A DNA stretch of 64,000 nt from Nanobdellota archaeon (lineage in GTDB: Archaea; Nanobdellota; Nanobdellia; Pacearchaeales; GW2011-AR1): assembly GCA_013329055.1 (NCBI GenBank), contig DUKY01000007.1:51146-115145 (forward strand), read 5' to 3'. This document shows positions 22,319 to 30,829 of the stretch, piece by piece. Each line of letters starts with the position of its first letter. Position 1 is the first letter of the stretch. Made by a program: the position numbers and the translations under genes. Below the pieces are notes generated by a model. It worked only from the letters and a program-made list of their open reading frames with translations, made no database searches and had not been told where the DNA came from.

Positions 22319-22669
22319 TTATTCCCATTTGTCAATTTCTTCTTCAACTTTTTTATTCCAATTTTTTATTATTTCTTTGAGAATTATTTTTATCTGGGAT
22401 TTATAATTAACTTCATAAACATAAATATATCCCCCATAATCTAAATTTTTTTTGTATTTTAATAGAATCTTTTTTTCAGATAACTTTTTAACAGCTTTTT
22501 GGATAGTTGTTAAATTTAAATTTAATTTATCTTTAATTTTTAAAGTGGTTAATTCCATATCTGAATTATCAATTAGATGCTTCAAAACAATAAATTCTTT
22601 TTTTGTTAGTCCTAAACTATATTTAAGTATGTCATCAAAGATAAATTTTTTACATGTAAAGTCGACCAT
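22319..22669 (-). CDS. TrmB/MarR-like winged-helix regulator
   Basis: LGLTKKE...TTIQKAVKKL...GGYIYVY. Confidence 0.8.
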   Translation of the reverse strand: MVDFTCKKFIFDDILKYSLGLTKKEFIVLKHLIDNSDMELTTLKIKDKLNLNLTTIQKAVKKLSEKKILLKYKKNLDYGGYIYVYEVNYKSQIKIILKEIIKNWNKKVEEEIDKWE

Positions 22670-22703
22670 ATTATAGTACTCTTATCTTGAGTATTTAAAC
22701 TAT

Positions 22704-22722
22704 ACTTCTAAAAAATAGAAGT
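22704..22722. promoter_or_regulatory. Palindromic operator candidate
   Basis: ACTTCTA-AAAAA-TAGAAGT lies just upstream of the TTTAAA TATA box of the 22319-22669 regulator. Confidence 0.4.
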
Positions 22723-22953
22723 CGCCATAACCATTTTTTGGGGGTGAAATAAAACCTTATTGAAGAAGTTATTTTAAAAAAAAGTTCATATTTTCGTCGA
22801 TTATTTGAAAAATTAAAAAAAGTTTCATATTTGATAAGTTTATTTTTAGGATAATCAATTTTTCACTGGTTTGAAGGAATGAACATATACGTTTCAAAAC
22901 ATTTAAAAGGAAAATACCTTCTGGATATATATATTAAACTATACAAGTCTAAG

Positions 22954-23220
22954 ATGAAAAACAATTTTGACGTATTTTTTCGAAGAAAGCCAGCGATGAT
23001 TCTGGTAGCTTTGAAAAAGAACACAAGGATGAGGTATGGTAGTGTTTTGGCTAAAGAAGTGGATTGCACTTATAGCCATGCAGTGAAAATTCTGCAAACC
23101 CTGGAAGAACTAAAGTTAGTTGAATTTAAGAAAAAGGGGCGAATAAAGGTGATTAAACTAACTAAGAAGGGTAACGATGTTGCAGATGCTATTGAGAATA
23201 TCAATAAGCTGATAAAATAA
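22954..23220 (+). CDS. Winged-helix DNA-binding protein (ORF track start 22879; ATG 22954 preferred)
   Basis: YGSVLAKEVDCTYSHAVKIL...GRIKVIKLT; a TATA-like TTTAAAA lies inside the upstream extension. Confidence 0.8.
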   Translation: MKNNFDVFFRRKPAMILVALKKNTRMRYGSVLAKEVDCTYSHAVKILQTLEELKLVEFKKKGRIKVIKLTKKGNDVADAIENINKLIK

Positions 23221-23330
23221 AACCGCCAAGCCCCTGAAAGAAGATATGATTTAAATCATATTATAAACCACTGATAGGAATAGTGGACATTATTTATTTT
23301 TTTATTTAATTCCTTAAAATTTTATAAAAT

Positions 23331-23463
23331 CCCGACGGGATTTTCCTCATAACCCATGAAAGCTTCTTTAAATTCACCCTCAAAAGTTATTCGTTCATTT
23401 ATTCGAACTTTCAGAGTTACTCGCCCGCAACTTTTAAAGTTTTTTGAATCTACTCAGATTAAA
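23331..23463 (-). pseudogene. Degenerate copy of the tRNA-Lys 3' half with a hairpin element (23349-23422) in the T-loop
   Basis: CCCGACGGGA..(insert)..CCCGCAAC..ACTCAGATTAA versus tRNA CCCGACGGGAGTTGAACCCGCGACACCCAGAT; insert shares TGAAAGCTTCTTTAAAT..GAACTTTCAGA with 30053-30192. Confidence 0.65.
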
Positions 23464-23503
23464 CCCTTGAAATAAATATATACCTTTCTGTTTGTATATA
23501 TTA

Positions 23504-23599
23504 TGACCCCGACGGGAGTTGAACCCGCGACACCCAGATATCTCCATTGATAATTAAATCTAAGAGTCTGGTGCTCTAACCAGGCTGAGCTACGGAGCC
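23504..23599 (-). tRNA. tRNA-Lys(CTT) with a 21-nt intron at 37/38 (23540-23560)
   Basis: GGCTCCG-TA-GCTC-AGCCTGGTTA-GAGC-A-CCAGA-CTCTTA[GATTTAATTATCAATGGAGAT]A-TCTGG...GCGGG-TTCAACT-CCCGT-CGGGGTC-A; the intron forms a BHB (CTCT/GGAG helix, 3-nt bulges). Confidence 0.93.
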
Positions 23600-24013
23600 A
23601 TAGTAAAACATTAGTGATTTACTTTAAAAATATGTTGATTTACGTTAGCACCAGACGTAACTGGGGACGTTGAAAATTTGCCAAAAAGAAATTTTTAACA
23701 ATCAGAGAATTAAATTACAATTCTCTGAATCTAACCAGGCTGAAGCTACTGCAGCCATAGTAAAACATTAGTGATTTACTTTAAAAATATGTTGATTTAC
23801 GTTAGCACCAGATGTAAAGAGTCTGGAGACGTTGAAAATTTGCCAAAAAGAAATTTTTAACGATCAGAGAATTAAATTACAATTCTCTGAGTCTAACCAG
23901 GCTGAAGCTACTGCAGCCATAGTAAAACATTATTGATTTACTTTGGCACCAGACGTAAAGAGTCTGGGGACGTTGAAAATTTTGTAAAAAGAAATTTTTA
24001 ACGATCAGAGAAT
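23576..24013 (-). repeat. About 2.7 tandem units (155-162 bp) of promoter + degenerate tRNA-Lys 5' part + inserted hairpins
   Basis: CTAACCAGGCTG recurs at 23576, 23731 and 23893; units carry CACCAGA..GTCTGG, CGTTGAAAATTT..AAATTTTTAACG and TCAGAGAATT..AATTCTCTGA. Confidence 0.92.
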
Positions 24014-24033
24014 AGATTGATTGAAAATTTTTT

Positions 24034-24342
24034 TTATCGGTATTGCTTAAAAGTATGATTACATTTTACACATTCAAAGAATCGTGTTTCAGCTTCATCA
24101 CTTCCACGAGTTTGTCTTGTCCAAAAATAGCATTTCCCATGACTACATTTCATACATTTTTCATCAGTTATTGGCCGAACATCAAGAGTATTATCTTTTA
24201 TTACTGCAATTTCTTTTTTTTCTTCAATTTTTTCAGAAATCGAAAGATTTACTTTTCCTTTGATTATAAACCCGCATCTTAGGCATTCACCATTAGTTCC
24301 TTTTTGCATAACAACAGCACCGCATTTGGGACAAAATTCCAT
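24034..24342 (-). CDS. tfs: Transcription factor S (TFS/RpoM)
   Basis: Two Zn ribbons; QTRGSDE..T.FFEC..C acidic hairpin. Confidence 0.92.
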   Translation of the reverse strand: MEFCPKCGAVVMQKGTNGECLRCGFIIKGKVNLSISEKIEEKKEIAVIKDNTLDVRPITDEKCMKCSHGKCYFWTRQTRGSDEAETRFFECVKCNHTFKQYR

Positions 24343-24386
24343 ATATTGTGATGAGAGAATTAGTTTAAAAAGGTTGTTACAAATAC

Positions 24387-26975
24387 ATGAAAACCTTTAT
24401 TAAGTTCTCAGGATATTTTAATTATATGATGAAAGATGGTGAAAAAAAGGTGGATTTTATTAAATGGTTTTCAGAATTAAATAAAAATTCCGGAGATGTT
24501 GCCGGCGGAAAAGGTGCAAATCTTGCAGAAATTTATAATCTGGGGGTGTTAGTTCCTCAAGGATTTGTTATTACAGCTCAAGCTTATAATTATTTTATTG
24601 AAAAAGCTAAATTAAAAGATAAAATGATTAGCATTTTAGAAGGATTAAATTATGAAGATACAGAAAAATTAGATAAAGTTACAGCAGAAATTCGTTCATT
24701 AATTGTGAATTCTAAAATCCCCGAAGAGATGAGTGAAGAAATTTTAGAAGCTTATGAACAATTGGGGACTGATTTATCTGAAATTGGAAAAAGTTCTGCT
24801 TTGGACATCTTAAAAAGATCTGCTGAACCAACTTTTGTGGCTGTAAGAAGCAGTGCGACGGCAGAGGATTTAGCAGAAGCAAGTTTTGCAGGTCAGCAAG
24901 ATTCATTTCTAAACATTAAAGGTAATTATGAACTATTGACTCATGTCAAAAAATGCTTTGCATCACTTTTTACTTCCAGAGCAACTTATTATAGACATAA
25001 GCAAGGATTCAAACATGAAAAAGTTAGTCTTGCAGTAGTTATCCAAAAAATGGTTGATTCAGATAAATCAGGTGTATTATTTTCAAAAGATCCTGCTTAC
25101 AAAAAAGAGGATATTACTATTGAAGCTGTATGGGGTCTTGGAGAAGGAATTGTCTCTGGAAAAATTACTCCTGACCATTATGTTATTTCAAGAGATTTAG
25201 AGATTTTAGAACAAAAAATTGCAGACAAAAAAATTGTAATAACAAGAGATTCTGGAGGCAAACAGATAATTCTCAAATTAAGAGATGAGAAATCAAATGC
25301 AAAAGTATTAACAGATTATGAGATGAGAAAATTAACTGAATTAGCAATAAAATTAGAAAAACACTATAAAAAACCACAAGATATTGAATTTGCGATAGAG
25401 GGCAATGATATTTTTATTACCCAAACTAGACCAATTACAACAATGGAAAAGAGAATTGATGAATCTTTAGAAAATCGAGAAATAAAAGGTACTCCAATAT
25501 TAACAGGTTTAGCAGCTTCTCCGGGAATAGCTTCTGGGAAAGTTAAAATTGTTCATAATTTAAAAGATTTACAAAAGGTAAATGTTGGGGATATTTTAGT
25601 TACAAAGATGACTAATCCGGATATGGTTGTTACAATGCAAAAGTCCGCAGCGATTGTGACCGATGAAGGAGGTCTTACTGCACATGCTTCAATTGTTTCA
25701 AGAGAAATGGGTATTCCTGCAATTGTTGGAACTCAAAATGCTACAACGCAATTTAAAGATGGAGATTTAATAACTGTTGACGGATTTAGCGGAAAAATAT
25801 ATTCCGGAAAAACTGCTGAAGATACTAAAAAAGAAATCTTGCCAGTAACAGCTAAAACTAAAACAAAAGTTAAAGTTATTGTTGATCTTCCAAATTTTGC
25901 ATCTCGTGCAGCAAAAACTGGGATTAGTAAAATTGGTTTAACAAGAATTGAAGGGATAATTGCTGAATCAGGAAAACATCCGGAATTTTTCCTGAAACAA
26001 AATAAAATTAAAGAATATGAAGAAATAATTTTCAAGGGTATTAATACAATTATGGAACATTTTGATGAAATCTGGGTTAGAACGTCGGATATTCGAAGTG
26101 ATGAATTTAATAATTTGGAAGGGGCCCCTAAAGAAATTGAAGCTAATCCAATGTTAGGATTTCATGGGATCAGATACAGTTTAAAAAATCCTGAGATTTT
26201 AAAAGCTGAATTCAGGGCTTTACAAAGAGTTGCTTCAAAAGAAAAAACAGTTGGATTACTATTGCCTCAAGTTATTTCTGTAGAAGAAGTTCAGGGAGTT
26301 AAGAAAATTCTAAAAGAGATTAATTTTAGTAATGTAAAAGTAGGGGTTATGATTGAAACGCCTGCAGCGGTGCAAATAATTAAAGATTTATGTACTGAAG
26401 GAATTGATTTTATTTCATTTGGAACGAATGACTTGACTCAATATATGCTGGCAGTTGATAGAGGCAATAAAAAAGTTCAATATCTTTACAATGAAATGCA
26501 TCCTTCAGTTTTATACCAACTTGAATATGTAATTCGGGTATGCAAGAGAAATAATGTTGAGACAAGCATTTGCGGACAAGCTGGGAGTCAAAAAGAGATG
26601 GTAAAATTTTTAGTCCACAAAAATATTGATAGTATAAGTGTTAATGCTGATGTTGCAAAAGAAATTTCTGATTATATTTTTGAAATTGAAGAAAATAAAG
26701 TTAAGGGAACTGATGAAGAACCAAGGCAATATCAACCATCAACAGAAGATAAGAATATTGAACAAAATTTAGAAAAAGATATACAGGCAATTGAAAAAGA
26801 AAAACAAGAATATCTTAAAACAAAAGAGAATACTAAAAAAACTGAAGAAAAACCGGAATTTGAAGAACCGCAAAAAATCGAGGATAATGAGGATTTTTCA
26901 ATAGTTGAAGATTTCGATAAATTAGAAGAAGATTTGGAAGCAATTGAAAAAGAAAGAAAGGAATACATAAAATAA
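24387..26975 (+). CDS. ppsA: Second PEP synthase/pyruvate,water dikinase with acidic C-terminal extension (start possibly a later Met)
   Basis: GGKGANL, AVRSSATAEDL, GGLTAHASIVSRE, FGTNDLTQ, SICGQA. Confidence 0.9.
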   Translation: MKTFIKFSGYFNYMMKDGEKKVDFIKWFSELNKNSGDVAGGKGANLAEIYNLGVLVPQGFVITAQAYNYFIEKAKLKDKMISILEGLNYEDTEKLDKVTAEIRSLIVNSKIPEEMSEEILEAYEQLGTDLSEIGKSSALDILKRSAEPTFVAVRSSATAEDLAEASFAGQQDSFLNIKGNYELLTHVKKCFASLFTSRATYYRHKQGFKHEKVSLAVVIQKMVDSDKSGVLFSKDPAYKKEDITIEAVWGLGEGIVSGKITPDHYVISRDLEILEQKIADKKIVITRDSGGKQIILKLRDEKSNAKVLTDYEMRKLTELAIKLEKHYKKPQDIEFAIEGNDIFITQTRPITTMEKRIDESLENREIKGTPILTGLAASPGIASGKVKIVHNLKDLQKVNVGDILVTKMTNPDMVVTMQKSAAIVTDEGGLTAHASIVSREMGIPAIVGTQNATTQFKDGDLITVDGFSGKIYSGKTAEDTKKEILPVTAKTKTKVKVIVDLPNFASRAAKTGISKIGLTRIEGIIAESGKHPEFFLKQNKIKEYEEIIFKGINTIMEHFDEIWVRTSDIRSDEFNNLEGAPKEIEANPMLGFHGIRYSLKNPEILKAEFRALQRVASKEKTVGLLLPQVISVEEVQGVKKILKEINFSNVKVGVMIETPAAVQIIKDLCTEGIDFISFGTNDLTQYMLAVDRGNKKVQYLYNEMHPSVLYQLEYVIRVCKRNNVETSICGQAGSQKEMVKFLVHKNIDSISVNADVAKEISDYIFEIEENKVKGTDEEPRQYQPSTEDKNIEQNLEKDIQAIEKEKQEYLKTKENTKKTEEKPEFEEPQKIEDNEDFSIVEDFDKLEEDLEAIEKERKEYIK

Positions 26976-27033
26976 GTTAATTCTGGAATATTTAAAAACA
27001 AAATTTTATAAATCACTATTCATTTAAGAATCT

Positions 27034-27522
27034 ATGAAAAAAGAGAGCGTGAGTAAAAAAGTGGAATCTCCTAAAAATGAAAGGGATATTCAAACAGAAA
27101 AAATTCTTGTTGAAAATTTCGTGGCATTGCAAAAGGTGATGGTTAATCTTTCAATTAAGTTTGATAATCTTTCAGGGCAGATTTCAAAATTATTAGAATT
27201 ATTTGAAATTTCAGCAAAAGCATTGGCTGAGAAAGATTTTGATTTAGAAAAAGATACTAAAGATAAAGAGAAAATTTTGAAAAAACTGGATGATTTATTT
27301 GATCAGAATAAAGTTATTGCAAGAGGTTTAACATTACTTCATGAACCTGTTCAAAAAATGGAACCACCAAGTCCGCAACAATCAGAACCTTCACAAATGC
27401 AACCGCCAGTTCCAAGTCCAAAGATACAGCAATTGCCTCCGGTACAAATGATTCCAAGAGATCAATATCAATTATCAATCTCTTCAAATCCTCAAAGATT
27501 TAAGCAATTACCAAGAGGTTAG
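27034..27522 (+). CDS. Hypothetical coiled-coil protein with Pro/Gln-rich tail
   Basis: ENFVALQKVMVNLS..LSGQISKLLELFE coiled coil; P/Q-rich C-terminus. Confidence 0.8.
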   Translation: MKKESVSKKVESPKNERDIQTEKILVENFVALQKVMVNLSIKFDNLSGQISKLLELFEISAKALAEKDFDLEKDTKDKEKILKKLDDLFDQNKVIARGLTLLHEPVQKMEPPSPQQSEPSQMQPPVPSPKIQQLPPVQMIPRDQYQLSISSNPQRFKQLPRG

Positions 27523-27527
27523 AGACA

Positions 27528-28256
27528 ATGATTGATTCAAATTCTCAAGAATATAGGACTTTTTTTTTGAAACAATTTACCAGACAGTTAATTCAAAATT
27601 CCGGAACAGGCTATCTTTTTACATATGAACATTTAATTCAAAAAAAAGAAGCTAAAGAAGAACATGAAAAGAAAAAATTAGTATCAGTTGCAGAGAAGGA
27701 AATATATTTACCGAAGAAAGAAAAAATAAAACAGGTAGTTCATAGAATTGAAGTTAAGAAAATTCTACCAATTCAACAAAAACAAGAAGAACCATTTTTT
27801 CCAAGACCTCAGAGAATTATTCAGCCAACTAATATTGGAGCACAACAACCTTCACGAAAATTAGTTATTCCTCAAACCAGACTTCCGGAATATCTTCAGC
27901 ATATTAAACCTGTTCCGTCACAAACTCAAATTAATTTAAAAAAATTAAATAAATTAGTAAGTGATCCAATGGTTCAATATATTGAATGTGTTGGGGAAAA
28001 TGAAAATATATTAGTTAGTGGTAAAATGGGATTAAGAAAAACAGAGATTATTCTGGATAGGCAGGAGATTTCAGAGATTATTGATATATTTTCTGAAGCT
28101 GCGAGAATTCCGGTTTCTGAGGGAATTTTCCGTGTTGCTGTTGGAAAATTAATCCTTTCGGCAATAGTTTCTGATGTGGTTAGTACAAAATTTACTATTC
28201 AAAAGATGAATCCTTTAACTTCAGGAATTAATCCGCAAATAAGAAGAAATTTTTAA
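27528..28256 (+). CDS. Hypothetical protein; C-terminus resembles the N-terminal domain of VirB11/T2SS-type ATPases
   Basis: KLNKLVSDPMVQYIECVG...FTIQK; no Walker motifs. Confidence 0.6.
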   Translation: MIDSNSQEYRTFFLKQFTRQLIQNSGTGYLFTYEHLIQKKEAKEEHEKKKLVSVAEKEIYLPKKEKIKQVVHRIEVKKILPIQQKQEEPFFPRPQRIIQPTNIGAQQPSRKLVIPQTRLPEYLQHIKPVPSQTQINLKKLNKLVSDPMVQYIECVGENENILVSGKMGLRKTEIILDRQEISEIIDIFSEAARIPVSEGIFRVAVGKLILSAIVSDVVSTKFTIQKMNPLTSGINPQIRRNF

Positions 28257-28291
28257 TGATAAAATTTTTATAAACAAAATTTAATATAAAA

Positions 28292-29329
28292 TTATTTTTT
28301 CATATGAACATCCATTTGAGGGAATGGAATTTCTATTTTTTCTTTTTTAAAAGAGTTATAAATTCTTGTATAAACCTCGTCCATTGTATCAAGTCGATTA
28401 TCAAAAGTATCTATATAAAAATAAGCTTTAAAATTTAATGATGAATCTCCCATTTCTAAAAATCGAACAACAGGTTCATCAGGCTTAAACTCTATATTTT
28501 TCGATTTTTTGATTTCATCTAAAACAATTTTTTTTACTTTTTCAATATCACTTCCGTAAGCAACTCCAAAAGGTAAAACTACTCTTGTTCTTGGTTCTGG
28601 TAAAGCAACATTTTGAATATTTGATTCAGCTAATTTACTGTTAGGTACAATTAAGTATTCATTATCAAAAGTTTTAATTTTTGTACTTCTAAAACCAATT
28701 TTTTCTATCTTTCCTCCGGTAGTTTTATCTATATAAACTAAATCTCCGACTCTTACAGATTGGTCAAGAACTATCGATGCACCTGAAAAAATATTGCCTA
28801 AAATTGGCTGAAGTCCTAAAGCAATAGCAATACCTGCAATACCCAAACCTGCTAATAATGGACCAATTTCTACGCCCCACAAACTAAGAATGTATAAAAA
28901 GATAATAATTACTACTGAAACATTTATAGTGCTACTAAATAAAGTTAAAACTGTATGGTCTAATCGTGATTTAGTTTTTCTTGCAATATATTTAAACCAA
29001 GTTAAAATAACTAAATCAAAAGTGACATAAATAATATAAGCAATCACAATTGCAATTAATGAATGAATTATTCTAATAGAAAGAGTCATCATCATTTCAT
29101 CTAAAGTTAATTCAATAATTGATATCCTGAATGCAAAAAATAAAGATAAAAGAATTAAAGGTTTGAAAGTTTTTGAAAGTAATCTGTCGTCGATATCGGT
29201 CTTGGTCTTGTTTGTTAATTTTAATAATAATTTCTGCAACAATATTAAAGCAAGACTGATAATTAAAAAAGCTCCGATAAAGATTATAGAAGTTCTTGCA
29301 TATTCATTGACAATATACTGTTCAAACAT
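28292..29329 (-). CDS. mscS: Small-conductance mechanosensitive channel
   Basis: AGLGIAGIAIALG, IGFRSTKI, IVPNS, GVAYGSD, IEIPFPQ. Confidence 0.93.
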   Translation of the reverse strand: MFEQYIVNEYARTSIIFIGAFLIISLALILLQKLLLKLTNKTKTDIDDRLLSKTFKPLILLSLFFAFRISIIELTLDEMMMTLSIRIIHSLIAIVIAYIIYVTFDLVILTWFKYIARKTKSRLDHTVLTLFSSTINVSVVIIIFLYILSLWGVEIGPLLAGLGIAGIAIALGLQPILGNIFSGASIVLDQSVRVGDLVYIDKTTGGKIEKIGFRSTKIKTFDNEYLIVPNSKLAESNIQNVALPEPRTRVVLPFGVAYGSDIEKVKKIVLDEIKKSKNIEFKPDEPVVRFLEMGDSSLNFKAYFYIDTFDNRLDTMDEVYTRIYNSFKKEKIEIPFPQMDVHMKK

Positions 29330-29452
29330 ATTATATTAAAATAATCATATTATTTAAATCTTTTTTGCCGAAAGGAATTTTTATTCTTTTTATGATTTGC
29401 AAAAGGATTATTACTGGGAAATAAATAATTAGGGATAATATAACAGTGTTCT

Positions 29453-29736
29453 ACTCCAAAATTTGCTTTTTTTCTAAAACCCTAACTTTTAAAAATCTCA
29501 TAATTTATCTATAAACATTCATAATGGCGGTTGTGGTATACAGAAATTAAAAATTTCTGTCCCTACAGGATTAAACTGTGCCTTCGCACAGAAAGATATT
29601 AAAAATCCTGAAGGTACAGAGATTAAAAATTCTGTCCTACAGGATTAAACTGTGCCTTCGCACAGAAAAATATTAAAAATCCTGCAGGTAACGGTTATTA
29701 CATACGGTTGGGGTCAGAGCAAAGAGGGTTCGACTC
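29453..29736 (+). pseudogene. Upstream duplicate of promoter + tRNA-His, disrupted by a 150-bp hairpin insert in the D-arm, with a mutated anticodon arm
   Basis: 29453-29540 nearly equals 29733-29820 (280-bp period); after the insert ACGGTTATTAC..CAAAGAGGGTTCGACTC resumes. Confidence 0.85.
29541..29690. repeat. Two tandem 76/74-bp hairpin elements bounded by TA
   Basis: CAGAAATT..AATTTCTG + CAGGATT..[CTGTGCCTTCGCACAG]..AATCCTG; TA at 29539, 29615 and 29689. Confidence 0.9.
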
Positions 29737-29805
29737 AAAAATTCGCTTTTTTTCTAAAACCTTAACTTTTAAAAATCTCATAATTTATCTATAAACATCA
29801 ATAAT

Positions 29806-29878
29806 GGCGGTTGTGGTATAACGGTTATTACGTCCGGTTGTGGTCCGGGCAAAGAGGGTTCGACTCCCTCCATCCGCT
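29806..29878 (+). tRNA. tRNA-His(GTG) with encoded G-1, no encoded CCA
   Basis: G-GCGGTTG..TCCGG-TTGTGGT-CCGGG..GAGGG-TTCGACT-CCCTC-CATCCGC-T; TATA-like TTTTAAAAA about 35 nt upstream. Confidence 0.92.
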
Positions 29879-30330
29879 TAATAAATCAGAGACGAACCCT
29901 GGGTTCGATGAAAAATTTTGTGGTAGAAACTTATTCTTTCAGATAAAAATTCAAGCATTGAATAAAAGAGTTTCGTGCAAGATTTTGAACATCCCTCCAT
30001 CCGCTTATTTTCTTTACAGAAAATTGCGTAAGTTCGGGAGTCTTCGACTCCACAATTCGCATTCCGTGAAAGCTTCTTTAAATCAAGGAAAATTTTGATT
30101 TATTTGAACTTTCAGAAATGCTCAATTCGCATTCCGTGAAAGCTTCTTTAAATCAAGGAAAATTTTGATTTATTTGAACTTTCAGAAATGCTCACCATCC
30201 GTTTAATAAATAAGAGGCGAACCCCGGAGTTCGATGAAAAATTTTGTGGTAGAAACTTATTTTTTCAGATAAAAATTCAAGGATTGAACAAAAGAGTTTC
30301 GTGCAAGATTTTTAACATCCCTCCATCCGC
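29879..30330 (+). repeat. Three repeats of the tRNA-His 3' end, each interrupted by hairpin inserts
   Basis: CCCTCCATCCGC recurs near 29993 and 30319, CCATCCGT at 30195; about 128-bp unit twice; exact 70-bp tandem at 30053/30123. Confidence 0.9.
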
Positions 30331-30393
30331 GTTTTATTTTTAAGAAAGATTTTAATAAGTTCTATTCTAATATAATTATATTAAAGAGATAAA

Positions 30394-30828
30394 ATGAAAT
30401 ACAATAATATAAAAAATATTCTTTTTGTTTGCAAGTATAACGCTTTTAGGAGCAGATTTGCAGAGTCTTATTTTAATAAATTAAATAAAAATAAATCAAT
30501 TAAGGCAATTAGCAGAGGGTTTATTATGAATGCTAGTTCAGATTCTGTTCAAAGAAAGATTGCTAAGAAATTTAATGGTGATATTATTGGAGAACCTAAA
30601 CCCGTCAAATTAAATGAAATGATTGAAGCAGATTTGATTGTAATTGTTGCAAATGATGTTCCAAAAATTATGTTTAATTATGCCCTTAAACCTATTTATA
30701 AAAAAGTTGTTGTTTGGAAGATAAAAGATGAACAAAAGAAAAATGAAAAAAATATTATTAAAATTGTTAAAAAAATTCAAAAGAAAGTTGAGAGATTAAT
30801 TAAAAAATTGGAGAAAGAACTAAAATGA
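30394..30828 (+). CDS. Low-molecular-weight phosphatase/arsenate reductase-like protein
   Basis: ILFVC-KYNAF-RS P-loop (CX5R), ADLIV, W.IKD. Confidence 0.8.
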   Translation: MKYNNIKNILFVCKYNAFRSRFAESYFNKLNKNKSIKAISRGFIMNASSDSVQRKIAKKFNGDIIGEPKPVKLNEMIEADLIVIVANDVPKIMFNYALKPIYKKVVVWKIKDEQKKNEKNIIKIVKKIQKKVERLIKKLEKELK

Positions 30829-30829
30829 A
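30809..30829 (+). repeat. 21-bp direct repeat, copy 1 (gene junction)
   Basis: TGGAGAAAGAACTAAAATGAA is identical to 31246-31266. Confidence 0.88.

Noticed and set aside
22760-22850. AT-rich imperfect direct repeats (TTAAAAAAAGTT(T)CATATTT x2) as a replication origin
   Set aside because: No clear ORB consensus and no cdc6/orc1 nearby; low complexity. They could be regulator sites but this is unsupported.
23576-24013. Repeats as a CRISPR array
   Set aside because: Units are 155-162 bp and near-identical throughout, with no unique spacers and no cas genes in the window.
29526-29736. A second functional tRNA-His with a long D-loop intron, or a split tRNA
   Set aside because: No BHB at the insert junctions; the anticodon arm is mutated (TACGGTTGGGGTCAGAG) and the 3' acceptor strand is missing.
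29811-30098. 95-aa ORF from the track
   Set aside because: Overlaps tRNA-His and its repeats; spurious.
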